The notes below the pieces were generated by a model. The model was given only the letters and a program-made list of their open reading frames with translations. It was not told where the DNA came from and made no database searches. From Daphnia carinata (lineage: Eukaryota), in assembly GCF_022539665.2 (NCBI RefSeq), contig NC_081332.1, forward strand, positions 186,001 through 250,000: 64,000 nucleotides of DNA, in the 5' to 3' direction. Every line of letters starts with the position of its first letter. Positions within the stretch are counted from its first letter, which is position 1. Below, one piece after another: positions 13,168-26,086 of the stretch. The position numbers and the translations under genes are program-made.

Positions 13168-14040
13168 TCATACGATAAATTTTGCTTGTTTTGATTTGGT
13201 TTAATCACTTTATGTTCTTTCTTTTCAGTTTTCTTTTTCATAATGTTGGCTTTTCTCTTTTTCTGTTGTTATTCCTTTCTCTTTTCCTTTTCTTCGATGC
13301 GTTCAGCCCAATTGTTTTTTACTTTCTGATTTGATTTTATCTCGTTTCTTAATTTATTTGTCAAGCAATTTCACACAGTCTTTTACCTATTGCAATACAG
13401 AAAGGTTAAAAGTTTCGAGACCTTACAAAAGTGTTTGTAAAATTTAAAGTTTACCTGAAAACCTTCAGCTATTTGCAAAGCACCATTTCATGCCTGTTTC
13501 TCTTCAATGCTTCTTGCATTCTGAACTTCAGCTTGGCCTACCAAGATTCTCACTATTGGTTTAAGCTTTTCTTCTTCATTTTAATCGTTGCCACTGATGG
13601 ATCTAAAGTTGTCTTTTTCAGAATGGGTGAGGGATCAAATAGTTCTCCAAAATCAAATTTCATGAAAACTAGGCAGCCTTCACTGTTGAAAATTGGTGTT
13701 GGCAGTGTAATTGGTAATCTTCTTTCAGGAATTTCTGCTTTGACAAACGCTGAAAGACCAGAGGTTGAAGACACAGATGCTGCCTGGGTGGCTCGTGCAA
13801 GTTTGGCAATTCAGGACCTCTTCTTCTTATTTTTCCTATTTAAATTCTTCTTCATTTCGTCTAATTTCTGTTTAGTTTGGTTTGTGTTTTCTTATCAGAT
13901 AAATCCAGCTTTTTCCCTGAAAATCAATGGAATAAACTGGCCAGTCTTCCTTAAATGTAAAGATTAACACATACCTGTGAAGTGTGAGAGCTTAACTGTT
14001 GGACGTTCTTCCATTTCTTCAGGATTGGGAGCATGGTTCC
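13168..14040 (-). pseudogene. SURF6: SURF6-like pseudogene, 3' part, copy 2
   Basis: Paralog of 173-1070 (IFNSEGCLVFMKFDFGE and the Lys-rich C-terminal exon); stops and frameshifts. Confidence 0.78.
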
Positions 14041-14865
14041 TGATGTTTTTTCAGAAACAACTGGCACATCCACATCATTGCTATCAGGATCTGTATGAAG
14101 CTGTTCAGCAACATGATCAATAGCAGTCATCCATTCTTCCCTAGAATCCAACAACAAAGTTATGCTCACAATTTTTGTTATTTCATGTAGAAGAAAACCA
14201 CAACATATGAATATTTTAAAAATTAGGTTTTGACCCTTCACATACCTTTTTTTTCAGACTCAATATGAAAACTCGTTTCAATTGCATTCATCCATGGAAG
14301 ACTTCAAATCAGAAAGGTTGATGGTTTGGATGATCCTCTGGTATCATGCAAAAACAAAGTAAAGATATTCTAAGATGTATTGGTTAGTAAAATGTTATAC
14401 CGCTTTCATAATTTGGCATCCTTCCACAGTAAAATTGTTGAGTGGTTAAGCAAGTCCTATGTTTGGCTTTGGTTTATGCTTGAATCCTAGTAATAATCAA
14501 TAATCCCGTATAACAAAATATCTTTGACGCCAATTTTTTATGTGTTCTCCTAGAAAACAAAATAAACATTGAATGTGAATGATAATTCATAATATATTCC
14601 ACATCAACAATTTAAGTGGAAGCTGCACGTAAGTCTCTGTAGAAGAGCTTACTCAATTTACCTCTTTAAAGCAGCCAGTCGTCCTTTATGGTAAAAGGAG
14701 CTTTTGGTAGAATCTATTGCACCGAAACATTTTGTTGTAATAACGGCCTTTTCCCTTCTTTCGCCGAATTCTTTCGGTACTAGCTTCGATGCTAGCAGAC
14801 AATAACAGCAAAGCTATCAATGATATTCGCATACTACACCGATAGATGGAAACCATGAACAATAA
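14041..14865 (-). pseudogene. Akt: Inverted 5' fragment of Akt (5' region and PH-domain exons)
   Basis: Reverse complement of ~15165-16085; encodes NWRQRYFV, PLNNFTVEGCQIMK and REEWMTAIDHVAEQL, with introns. Confidence 0.88.
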
Positions 14866-15407
14866 CAAAGTAACTAAATTTTGTTGAATTTGTATTATAA
14901 GACTTAAAATTTTTTAAAAATTTCAATAGACAATCTTAAGAGTTTATTTTACTACGTTTGTTTTTTGTACTACCCTTCATACGATTTTTTGGATACCTAC
15001 TCTGCTTATACTGCCCTCAAGCGGAGGCGCCCTGAACCTAGATTTGGGCTTGAAAATGTCGAAGAACCTAGGCTATTGTTATTTTCTTTAGAGAACGACA
15101 TTAAGATTGTCGATTGAAATTTCAAAACAAAATTTATGCTTGTATTACAAATTCGAAAAAATTTTTTCTTTTTTTATTGTTCATGGTTTTCATCTCGGTG
15201 TAGCGTGCGAATCCCAATGATAGCTTTGCTGTGCTGCTCTTGTCTGCTAGCATCACTAAAAATGGCGCCCAAGTTTCGTTTCATTAATCCCAATAATCAT
15301 TTCCGCTTTTGTAATGTCCAGATTGCGGTTTTCACTTGTCCAGTTGCTGTGATCCTATTACAGTTAATCTTGCATAGGCTTTTTACTTCTGTTTTTGGTA
15401 TTGAAAT

Positions 15408-17391
15408 AAGGGCTGAGTCTGTGGCACCAGTAAACAACTCCTTCTACCATAAAGGAAGGCTGGCTGCTTTAAAGAGGTAAGTTGAGAAACCTGCTACAGA
15501 AACTTACGCACAGCATTTTTCTCTAATTGTTGATGTGGAATATGTTTTGCAGGCTTATTCACATTCATTTTTTTTTTGTTTTCTAGGAGAACATAAAAAT
15601 TGGTGTCAAAGATATTTTGTTCTACTGAATAATGGATTATTTCTAGGATTCAAGCATAAACCAAAGCCAAAAATAGGACTTGCTGAACCACTCAACAATT
15701 TTACTGTGGAAGGATGTCAAATTATGGAAGTGGTAAAACATTTTACTAACCAATACTTTATAGAATATCTTTACTTTGTTTTTGGATGATACCAAAGGAT
15801 CGTCCAAAACCATTTACCTTTCTGATTCGAGGTCTTCAATGGATGACTGTAATTGAAAGGACTTTTGATATTGGCTCTGAAAGAGGAAGGTATGTGAATG
15901 GCCAAAACCTAATTTAAAAAATATTCATAAATAGTGGCCACCTTATGCATGAATTAACCAAAATTGTGAAGGTAACTTTGTTGTTGGATTCTAGGGAAGA
16001 ATGGATGGCTGCTATTGAGCATGTTGCTGACCGGCTTCATACAGACCTGATAGCAATGATGTGGATATGCTCGTCGTTTCCGAAGAAAACGAACTAAAGG
16101 GCTCTTCAACAGTATTATCCCTATCTAACAAAATGGTTTCTTTGCCAATGGATGCAGAGAATGATGAATTGCAAATGAAATTTCTTGTAGCCGGAACGTC
16201 AAATAGACCTCATCATTCAGGGAAGAAGGAAGTGGTACGTAGTCGAAGAGATACAAATATGTGGTTTATTAATAGTGAAGACGGTTTAACCATTTTTAAC
16301 TATTTCTTATTCCAATGTTGTTCCTTTTTTACCCCAATATTTGTTTCAAACAGACTTAAGAAAACTTTTAGTTCATCAAAATGTTGGGCAAAGGTATGTT
16401 TGGAAAGGTGATTCTTTGCCGAGAAAAGGCACTGGCTACTTGTTCGCCATCAAAATCTTAAAAAGGAAGCATTATTGCATTAGACGAAGTTGCCCACATT
16501 CTAACGGAAAACCGCATGCCACCACCAACCATCCTTTTTCTTTTATTGTAAAGCAGTTTTCATTAAATAATATTGCACCATTTCTCATTCATATTTTTAA
16601 AACTTTGAAACAGGCATTAAAATATTCCTTTCAAACAGCTAAATGGTTGTGTTTTGTAATGGAATATGTTAACGGCGGTGAAATGTTTTTTCATCTTTCA
16701 CGTGAACGGAATTTTTCTGAAGACAAAACGCGGTTTTACGAAGCGGAAATTGTTTCAGCGCTAGGTTATTTACACGATCAAGGCATTATCTGTAGGGACC
16801 TTAAGGAAACAAAGTGATAGATAAATTGTTTTGTTTCTTGGAGTTTCACGTACGAAACGATTTTTTGTTACCAGCTGGAAAATTTGTTATTCGACAAAGA
16901 TGGACACATAGAGGTTGCTGACTTTGGACTTTGTAAAGAGGATACCACGTACGGACGGACTGCCAAAACATTTGCTGAACCCCCGAGTACCTTGCCCCCG
17001 AAGTGCTTGAAGACATTGACAACGGGAGGACAGTAGATTGGTGGGGCTTGGGTGTTGTCATGTATGAGCTCATTTGCGGCCACCTTCCGTTTTACGACCG
17101 GGATCACGACATTCTCTTTGACCATATTCTTTTGAAAGAAGTTAGATTCCCTCGAACGCTATTGCAGGAAGCAAAAGATCTTCTTGGCGGGCTTTTAGCT
17201 AAGGATCCACATAAGAGATTAGGAGGCGGCCCAGAAGATTATCAAGAGAACATTCTACATCCATTTTTCATACCGATATCTTGGACAGATCTTGTTCAAG
17301 GGAAGGTACGTAGGCGTGCAGGTTGTATTGAATGTTTTGATTTTACCCTGTATGCTGCACTCAGATTCGACCACCGTTCAAGCCGCAAGTG
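15408..17391 (+). pseudogene. Akt: Akt/PKB pseudogene copy 2
   Basis: [86 protein letters not shown]. The ATG of copy 1 reads AGG here; frameshifts. Confidence 0.9.
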
Positions 17392-18436
17392 GTGAGTGAA
17401 AGACACCCGATAATTCTGTATCTATGGTTATGATCAATGAGAGAAATAAACTATTTGTAAAATTGATAAAACTTTTACAAATCTTTGCGTAATCCATTTT
17501 TAATTACTTAATACTTAAATTGAAGATTTTAGGGAACTTATTCCTAAGTGTGAAATGCATGCTGAAATTCAAAGATCAAATCAAGATTAAATAATAGTAA
17601 TCTTTTTCGTTTGTCCGTGCTTCAGACGATAGTTAGTGTGAGATTGTAATATTATTCGTATAAACATATTCATCAAATGTTAGTAATAATGTACTAGACT
17701 TCAGGATAACAAATCTCGTTCCTAGCACCCACCAAAAACCCCACGGAACTCATTCAATTTTCGTGCTTACCATGCAGGCCTAGTTCTTTTCTTTGTCCAC
17801 AAAAGGCACTACGATAAGAGTAAGTATTTTGTTTTTTCGGCGTCAGTAGGTATAGGGCTAAAAGCATACCACACAACGAATGATGATTGTTCTTTATCTA
17901 TGGCATAAGTATCGCAAAAGAGAAGTTACAAGGGAGACTGAGTGGGGTGGGGGGGGGAGAGAATGAGCAAGAGGTTGGACAGAACAACGCGAAGTGCGAA
18001 AAACATAGATTTCTTATATTATATTTTAAGACGCGATAGTTGTTCAAAAAACAAAAAATGTAAAAAATGAACTTTATATAACTAGTTATTAGCATTAGAT
18101 AAATACTAACATAATCGAAAATCTGATTACTACCGAATCAATAATCAAAGAGCAATAATCAATAGCAAATAGCGCACATACGCTAACATTGTTTGATCTC
18201 GGCAAACCTTATAGGAGGTGACGGTTTCAGCAACCTTCGTACATTCCAACTTCCACGGAATAGGAGGTCGGAAATATATTTTGGAAAAAAACATAAAGTT
18301 TTTAGGAACTTGGAAATTGAGCGGAGAAAAAGGCCCAGTCCAAAGGGAAATAAGGCCCACTTTTGAATGTGGAAAAAAGTGGGCCTTTTTCGTCTGGGCC
18401 TTTTCCTCCGCCAATCCTTTACGTTCCATATTTCAA

Positions 18437-18508
18437 TGATCCTACCAGGGATCAAACATGGAATCTCCTGCTCCGTAGGCAGCGCCTTATCCATTGGGCC
18501 ACACATCC
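18437..18508 (-). pseudogene. tRNA-Arg(ACG) pseudogene (type A)
   Basis: 1-nt deletion plus acceptor- and T-stem mismatches relative to 25242-25314. Confidence 0.8.
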
Positions 18509-19037
18509 ACTGGCGAACTTTGAGTGACTAGTTAAGAAACTTAACCTAGCTTAACTTAACCCAAAGTGAGACTGGCAGACCGAAGGAAGATTCTTTTTAC
18601 TTAACATACACTTATGAACACCGTGATGGTAGGATTCAGCGACCTGGCAAGGCTTGCAGGGTTCTTTAGTGGAAATGTTTTGTACGATACTCCATTCAGT
18701 GAACCAAATTCCTTCCTCGAAATAGAAGAGATGCCTCCAGTCATTGCGGTAAGTGAAGTATTGTAGAAAAGACCACGCTTCGTCATCCGTTAAGACATCC
18801 CAAAGGTTTCTTTCTGTACAAACTCCACACATTCCCATTTTGCAGCAATCTCCACTAAGCTAGTCTCCCACTTTGCGAAACGTTGCTGTATTGGCCTTAA
18901 ATATGGATTGAGACAAAAGCTACCAACGTCAGGCCACTTGACTGCTGGCACGACCTCTAAGACCACACCATCACTCCAGTTAAACACGGCTTCAAAAACC
19001 ATTATCAATCAATGTTCTTTACGTTCCATGTTTTCAA

Positions 19038-19110
19038 TGAACGTGCCAGGGATCGTAACTGGAATCTCCTGCTCCGTAGGCAGGCGCCTTATCCATTGGG
19101 CCACACATCC
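19038..19110 (-). pseudogene. tRNA-Arg(ACG) type A with damaged B box
   Basis: T-loop reads AGTTACGATC instead of GGTTCGATC. Confidence 0.75.
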
Positions 19111-19394
19111 ACTGGCGAATTATTAGTGACTAGTTAAGAAACTTAACCAAGGGCCACAACAGGTGTTTAACAAATGGATAAGAAATTTATTTCCCCAATT
19201 CGTTTAAGCAAATTACTTGTGTTCTGAATGTTACTTTACCCAAAGTGAGACTGGCAGACCGAAGGGAGATTCTTTTTACTTAACATACACTTATGAACAC
19301 CGTGATGGTAGGATTCAGCGACCTGGCAAGGCTTGCAGGGTTCTTTAGTGAAAATGTTTTGTACGATACTCCATTCAGTGAACCAAATTCCTTC

Positions 19395-22300
19395 TGTTTA
19401 CGCGAAATCGCAATAATTTAATCTGGCACCTACGCCTACCCCTCCTGTCGTTATTCCCCTCCTTTCATCTTTATTAATGTCGTCTGTTATTCGACCATGT
19501 TGCGTTAGTTCTTTGATGCCATCTAGGTAACGCTGCTCTTTCTGGAGAATTTCACTGTCGTGAGTGCGACTCCCTTTACTCTTTTCCCATCTTTCTCGAA
19601 GCCTAGCAGGTCTCAGCTATCTGTATTGTATGCTCTGTGCATGTGTGTGTGTGTGTTAAACAAATTACCCGATAAGCTTTCTGGTTTCTCTGGTAGACTT
19701 ATACTTTATTGTATTTTCCCCTATCGTTCCTAACCATGCTGATCCTTCTCAGGTACCACACGCGTCTCATGTACATCGTCATATTGTATATATACTCTCA
19801 CCGTTCATCACTCATCACTCATCAGTCTCAAATAAACTCTATGGCAAGAGAGAGAGAGCGAGCTGTCTAGCAATCTATTTTACTGGTTCCACATCCATAG
19901 GAACATTTGGTCCTTCGAACCGGAGCCAACAACCCTTTGTTGGCCACACTCATTCCAGGCCTCTGTGATCAGTTAATGCCCAGCAATCCTTGTTGGCCAA
20001 GTCTTCTAAATCCTCTACAACCACACAAGCCTACATCTCGTCGTCAGACAGCCGGGAACCTCCACCATGACCGACCGAGTTGTTCAACAACCACTGGAAG
20101 AGGCTTCAAGACTTGAAGAAGAGGACGCTGCGTCTACAACTAATCGGACGGAAGCACGGGCGAGAGAAGCAAAACTTAAGAGGAGGACACTCCGTCGACA
20201 AATCACTACGACGGGGAGAAGAATAGAGACTCTGATTACTAGTAGAGGCTCAAGAGGAGGAATACTGGGCCTACTTCGTAACTGTGAAGAGCTTCTGCTC
20301 AGAGCGTCCCTTCTACAGACGGAACATGCGCAGTCTCATTATTGCCGGCCGGACCCAATTAGACCGGTTGATTTCTGAGATGCGTCGCTTCTGCGACACG
20401 GAGGCGTTCGGAACGGAATTCAAGCAAGACTGTCTATCTCCCGATAATCAGAGAGCTATGGCGCTCGTGAAGGGGAAGACACGAAAATTAGCCGTCGGTT
20501 ACGAGGTTCCTATCATTTGGAGAGAGGGGGAACCGGGCCTCCCGAACAATAGAGCCATGGCCGTCAATCGTTTCCAGAGTCTACTGAGGAGATTTCAACA
20601 TCAGCCGCAACTCGAACGGGATTATGAGGCCGCCATGCAGAAGACCCTGGACCAAGGGTACGCATCCCGTGTTGAGGATCCGGCTGACGCGAAATATTTT
20701 CTCGCCCACCACGGCGTTTATAAAGGGACGAAGCTGAGAGTTGTGTTCGATGCTGCCGCCTCCTTCACAGGGAAAGCTCTCAACGACGCCATCATAGGAG
20801 GACCAGCACTACAACCAGCGCTGGCGGCCGTTATCACCCGTTTCCGACAGGAAGAGTGTGCCTGGGCTTCAGACATTAAGGCGATGTTTAGTCGCCTTCG
20901 TCTATCTGCGGAAGATGCGAGATTTTTCTGTTTCTTATGGAGACAGAAATCATCTGGCAACATGGTGACGTACAAGATGGATAGGTTGCCTTTCGGAGCA
21001 AGTTGTTCCCCGTTTGTAGCCATTCATACGATCCAGCGGATTGCAGAAGACGCTGGAGTAGAGGAAAAGGTGGCCGTTGCTGTTCGAGAACGGATGTACG
21101 TGGATGATTATCTGAGCTCCGCGCCAACCGTTCAAGAAGCTGTACAAGAAGCGTCCGCCGTGAGAAAAATGCTAGCGGACGCGGATTTGAACCTTCAACG
21201 TTGGGTGTCCAACTCGCCCGACTTCCTGCAGCAGATGACCGTCAGCACCAGACTGAGTTCATCAAATATTCATCAGTTGGGGAGCAATTGTGAAGAAAAG
21301 GTCCTAGGGGTTTTCTGGGACGTTCATTCCGACACTTTGGGTTTTAAAGTTGCCGAAGCGCCCGATGTCAAGTTCACCAAGATGGAGCTGGCCAGTCGAG
21401 TAGCCGGAGTTTTCGACCCCTTGGGCACCGCGTCGCCGATTATCGTGAAGGCAAAAATCCGTCTCAGGATGCTGGGACAGAGCGGACTACAATGGACGGA
21501 CGTAGTAGGCGAAGAAGACGCGAGCTGGTGGCTTCTCTGGTTCAAAGAGTTGCAATATCTGAACCGAGTTGCGATGCCCCGTTGTTTATTTCCAAATCGT
21601 GAAACCCTTGAGTCGTCGGAACCTCATACTTTCTGCGACGCGTCGGAAGAGGCGTATGCGGCCGTCCTTTATGTCCAGAGTGTTTTCTCCAGTGGCCAAG
21701 TGGTGATTCGGCAGGTGAAGCCGACCAATAAGCTTGCCCCTAAAAAGACCATATCGGTGCCGAAACTTGAGCTGAACGCCGCATTGTTAGGCGCCCGTAT
21801 GACCCAAGCCGTGCAGCAAGCTCTACCAGCCCATATTCATCGTCGTCGATTCTGGACAGATTCCAGTACGGTGCGCAACTGGATTCGCACCGCTGCAGCC
21901 AACTATCAAGTTTTTGTGAGTAATCGAATCGGAGAGATACAAACGATTACCGACGAAGGCGAGTGGAGATTTGTGCCTGGGCGGCTCAACCCTGCCGATG
22001 CTGCCACTCGATCCGCTTTGGATGGGGATATCTTCCCGGCCATATGGCTGAACGGACCAGATTTCCTTTTACAGCATGAAGACAAATGGCCAGTCGACCT
22101 TCCATGGATGAAGATCAAGGAAGAAATGCGGCCGGTTCGAGTGTCTTTCGCGGCCCAAGTGGAGAAAACGGATTGGTCCAAGGTCCAGCTCACACCCAGT
22201 GACATTCCGCAGCTGTGTGCGTTGGAGGGAAAATTCCTGGGTCTTGTTCGTCAGTGCCAAGAAGAGTCGTTCGCCGAGGAACTACATCGACTTCGAAAGA

Positions 22301-24100
22301 AGAAGGCGCTCTCCTCCACCTCCTCTCTTCTAGCGCTTGCACCGATCCTGAGTGAAGACGGACTACTTCGTTTAGGCGGGCGTGCCGGTCGGGCGCGCTT
22401 GCCGTATGATCAGCTACATCCACCATTTCTTCGGGTCGGCATCCCTTTACGGAGAGGATCGTCTTCGCTTATCATCAGAGTCTAAACCACGTCGGAACAG
22501 ACTTTCTTTTGAGTTATATTCGCCAACATTTTTGGGTGACTGAAGGCCGAGAAGTGGTCAAGAAGATTCGACGCGACTGTGTAATCTGCCGACGCAACCG
22601 CGCGCAGCCGGGTGAGCAGCTAATGGCGGATCTAACGGAGTCTCGTCTCGATTTTGGTTCTATCCCTTTCACTCGAGCTGCTGTGGACTTATTCGGGCCA
22701 CTAGAAATCGGGTTGTATCGAAACAAAACCGCAAAACGTTGGAGTGTGCTGTATACTTGTCTCGTCACCCGTGCCGTCTTCTTGGAGTTGGTGCCGTCGT
22801 TGTCCTCTTCTGACTTTCTTCTTTCTCTCAGAAAATTCGTCGCCATGTATCGCAGTCCAGAAGTTCTGCACTCTGACAACGGGACCAATTTCGTTGGTGC
22901 GGAAAGAGAGCTGCGTGAAGCAGCCGACGCATTGTATGCATTCGAAGAGCTTCCAAAGTACATGCAGGCTTTCCGCATAAAATGGACATTTCAGCCTCCA
23001 CGGACTCCGCATTTTGGCGGGGCCCATGAATCATTAGTCAAGTCTACAAAGAGAGCGCTCTACAACGTTCTGGAGCAAGAGAAAGGCGATTTTCGTTATA
23101 CATCAGAAGATCTTCTGCGTACTCTCCTCTACGAGGTAGCTGGGCTCTTGAATACTCGTCCATTGACCTACGCAAGCTCGGATCCTTCCGACTTCCGCCC
23201 GTTGACGTCCAACGACTTCCTGAATAGAGCTCCCACTGCTTACCCACCCGCCGGATTGTATAGTGATGCGCAGCCAAGAGATCACTACCGATATCTGCAA
23301 CGCGCCCTCAACTTATTCTGGGATATTTGGAAGACCGTCTATTTACAATCCTTGGCTGCGAGGATGAAGTGGCAAACTCGCCGTCCAAATCTGGAAATTG
23401 GAGACGTCGTGTTGGAAATCAACAAGGGTTTCGAACGAGGTGTATGGAGCATCGGGCATGTCGTCCAAGTATTTCCGGGCCCTGACGGCTGCGTGAGATC
23501 AGTGGAGGTTCAACTGCCGTCCGGAGTCTTCCGCCGCGGAATTACAGAACTGTGCCTGCTTGAAACTAACTCAGCCGTTCCGGCCTCAGGGGAGGATGTT
23601 TCCGCGAAATCGCAATAATTTAATCTGGCACCTACGCCTACCCCTCCTGTCGTTATTCCCCTCCTTTCATCTTTATTAATGTCGTCTGTTATTCGACCAT
23701 GTTGCGTTAGTTCTTTGATGCCATTTAGGTAACGCTGCTCTTTCTGGAGAATTTCACTGTCGTGCGTGCGACTCCCTTTACTCTTTTCCCATCTTTCTCG
23801 AAGCCTAGCAGGTCTCAGCTAACTGTATTGTATGCTCTGTGCATGTGTGTGTGTGTGTTAAACAAATTACCCGATAAGCTTTCTGGTTTCTCAGGTAGAC
23901 TTATACTTTATTGTATTTTCCCCTATCGTTCCTAACCATGCTGATCCTTCTCAGGTACCACACGCGTCTCATGTACATCGTCATATTGTATATATACTCT
24001 CACCGTTCATCACTCATCAGTCTCAAATAAACTCTATGGCAAGAGAGAGAGAGCGAGCTGTCTAGCAATCTATTTTACTGGTTCCACATCCATAGGAACA
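19395..24100 (+). mobile_element. BEL/Pao LTR retrotransposon 1, internally deleted
   Basis: LTRs 19395-19905 and 23597-24100 (TG...CA; ~5 substitutions and one 7-bp indel); 5-bp TSD CCTTC; PBS TGGTCCTTCGAACCGG (tRNA-Tyr type) at 19908; PPT AGGGGAGGA at 23588-23596. Confidence 0.96.
20067..23618 (+). pseudogene. BEL/Pao gag N-terminal stub plus RT-RNase H-integrase (frameshifted)
   Basis: YFLAHHGV, KLRVVFDAAA, LPFGASCSP, MYVDD, CDASEEAYAA, PKLELNAA, NPADAATR, VDLFGP, SDNGTNF. Frame breaks at about 20330 and 22430; no protease or zinc knuckles. Confidence 0.93.
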
Positions 24101-24427
24101 CCTTCCTCAAAATAGAAGGGATGCCTCCAGTCATTGCGGTAAGTGAAGTATTGTAGAAAAGACCACGCTTCGTCATCGGTTAAGACATCCCAAAGGTTTC
24201 TTTCTGTACAAACTCCACACATTCCCATTTTGCAGCAATCTCCACTAAGCTAGTCTCCCACTTTGCGAAACTTTGCTGTATTGGCCTTAAATATGGATTG
24301 AGACAAAAGCTACCAACGTCAGGCCACTTGACTGCTGGCACGACCTCTAAGACCACACTATCACTCCAGTTAAACACGGCTTCAAAAACCATTATCAATC
24401 AATGTTCTTTAAGTTCCACGAAATGAA

Positions 24428-24500
24428 CGAGCCTGCCAGGAGTCGAACATGGAATCTCCTGATCCGTAGTCAGGCGCGTTATCCATTGCGCCACAACCCC
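24428..24500 (-). tRNA. tRNA-Arg(ACG), type B body with mismatched stems (likely pseudogene)
   Basis: GCGCAATGGATAACGCGCCTGACTACGGATCAGG core; acceptor- and T-stem mismatches. Confidence 0.65.
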
Positions 24501-25241
24501 ACTGGCGAATTATGAGTGACTAGTTAAGAAACTTAACCAAGGGCCACAACAGGTGTTTAACAAATGGATAAGAAATTTATTTCCCCAATTCGTTTAAGCA
24601 AATTACTTGTGTTCTGAATGTTACTTTACCCAAAGTGAGACTGGCAGACCGAAGGGAGATTCTTTTTACTTAACATACACTTATGAACACCGTGATGGTA
24701 GGATTCAGCGACCTGGCAAGGCTTGCAGGGTTCTTTAGTGGAAATGTTTTGTACGATACTCCATTCAGTGAACCAAATTCCTTCCTCGAAATAGAAGGAA
24801 TGCCTCCAGTCATTGCGGTAAGTGAAGTATTGTAGAAAAGACCACGCTTCGTCATCCGTTAAGACATCCCAAAGGTTTCTTTCTGTACAAACTCCACACA
24901 TTCCCATTTTGCAGCAATCTCCACTAAGCTAGTCTCCCACTTTGCGAAACGTTGCTGTATTGGCCTTAAATATGGATTGAGACAAAAGCTACCGACGACT
25001 GGCAGACCGAAGGGAGATTCTTTTTACTTAACATACACTTATGAACACCGTGAGGCCACTTGTCCAGTCATTGCGGTAAGTGAAGTATTGTGCGTACAAA
25101 CTCCACACATTCCCATTTTGCAGCAATCTCCACTTAGTCTACTGCACGACAAACTCCACACTAAGACCACACCATCACTCCAGTTAAACACGGCTTCAAA
25201 AACCATTATCAATCAATGTTCTTTACGTTTCACGTTTTCAA

Positions 25242-25314
25242 TGAACGTGCCAGGGATCGAACCTGGAATCTCCTGCTCCGTAGGCAGGCGCCTTATCCAT
25301 TGGGCCACACATCC
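25242..25314 (-). tRNA. tRNA-Arg(ACG), type A, fully paired
   Basis: GGATGTGTGGCCCAATGGATAAGGCGCCTGCCTACGGAGCAGGAGATTCCAGGTTCGATCCCTGGCACGTTCA; all stems pair; A and B boxes intact. Confidence 0.92.
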
Positions 25315-26086
25315 ACTGGCGAATGATGAGTGACTAGTTAAGAAACTTAACCAAGGGCCACAACAGGTGTTTAACAAATGGATAAGAAATTTATTTCCCC
25401 AATTCGTTTAAGCAAATTACTTGTGTTCTGAATGTTACTTTACCCAAAGTGAGACTGGCAGACCGAAGGGAGATTCTTTTTACTTAACATACACTTATGA
25501 ACACCGGGATGGTAGGATTCAGCGACCTGGCAAGGCTTGCAGGGTTCTTTAGTGGAAATGTTTTGTACGATACTCCATTCAGTGAACCAAATTCCTTCCT
25601 CGAAATAGAAGGGATGCCTCCAGTCATTGCGGTAAGTGAATGTTGCTGACTCCGTGCCGAGTAGCAACAGAGAGAAGATGATGATGATGAGGGTGAATGA
25701 AGATGAAATAAAAATGACGATGATTTAACAAAGGGACGGCTTTATTTCCAATTTTGGAAAAGGAAAGGGAAAACTGACACGCTTGATTTGGACAAACTGA
25801 GGGGACGAGAAATGAGGCTGGGACAAAAAGGCAGCTGAACGAGACATAAATTGGAGACAACTTGTCTGGGTGGCTAACAATACTATTACTACCCCTTTCC
25901 CATGGAAAGGAGTAAAAAGAAAACAAAAAATGGGCACACAAATACTAGGCAGGCCCGTGCCCCCTACAGCCCTGCCCGCGAGGGCAGCACCGTAGGTGAC
26001 AGCGGGACCCACCGTTACAACAGGCTCTACAAACAAAAATTACAAACTTCCCACGCAGAACATACCACCAAATATAACCACCAAAT

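Larger units (their letters stand above)
13000..17808. repeat. Segmental duplication copy 2
   Basis: Paralogous to 1-4244, but lacks the GATC MITE and contains an extra inverted Akt segment. Confidence 0.9.

Noticed and set aside
18325..18417. AAAAGGCCCA / TGGGCCTTTT inverted motifs at the array border
   Set aside because: Likely one end of a DNA transposon; partner end and TSD not identifiable.
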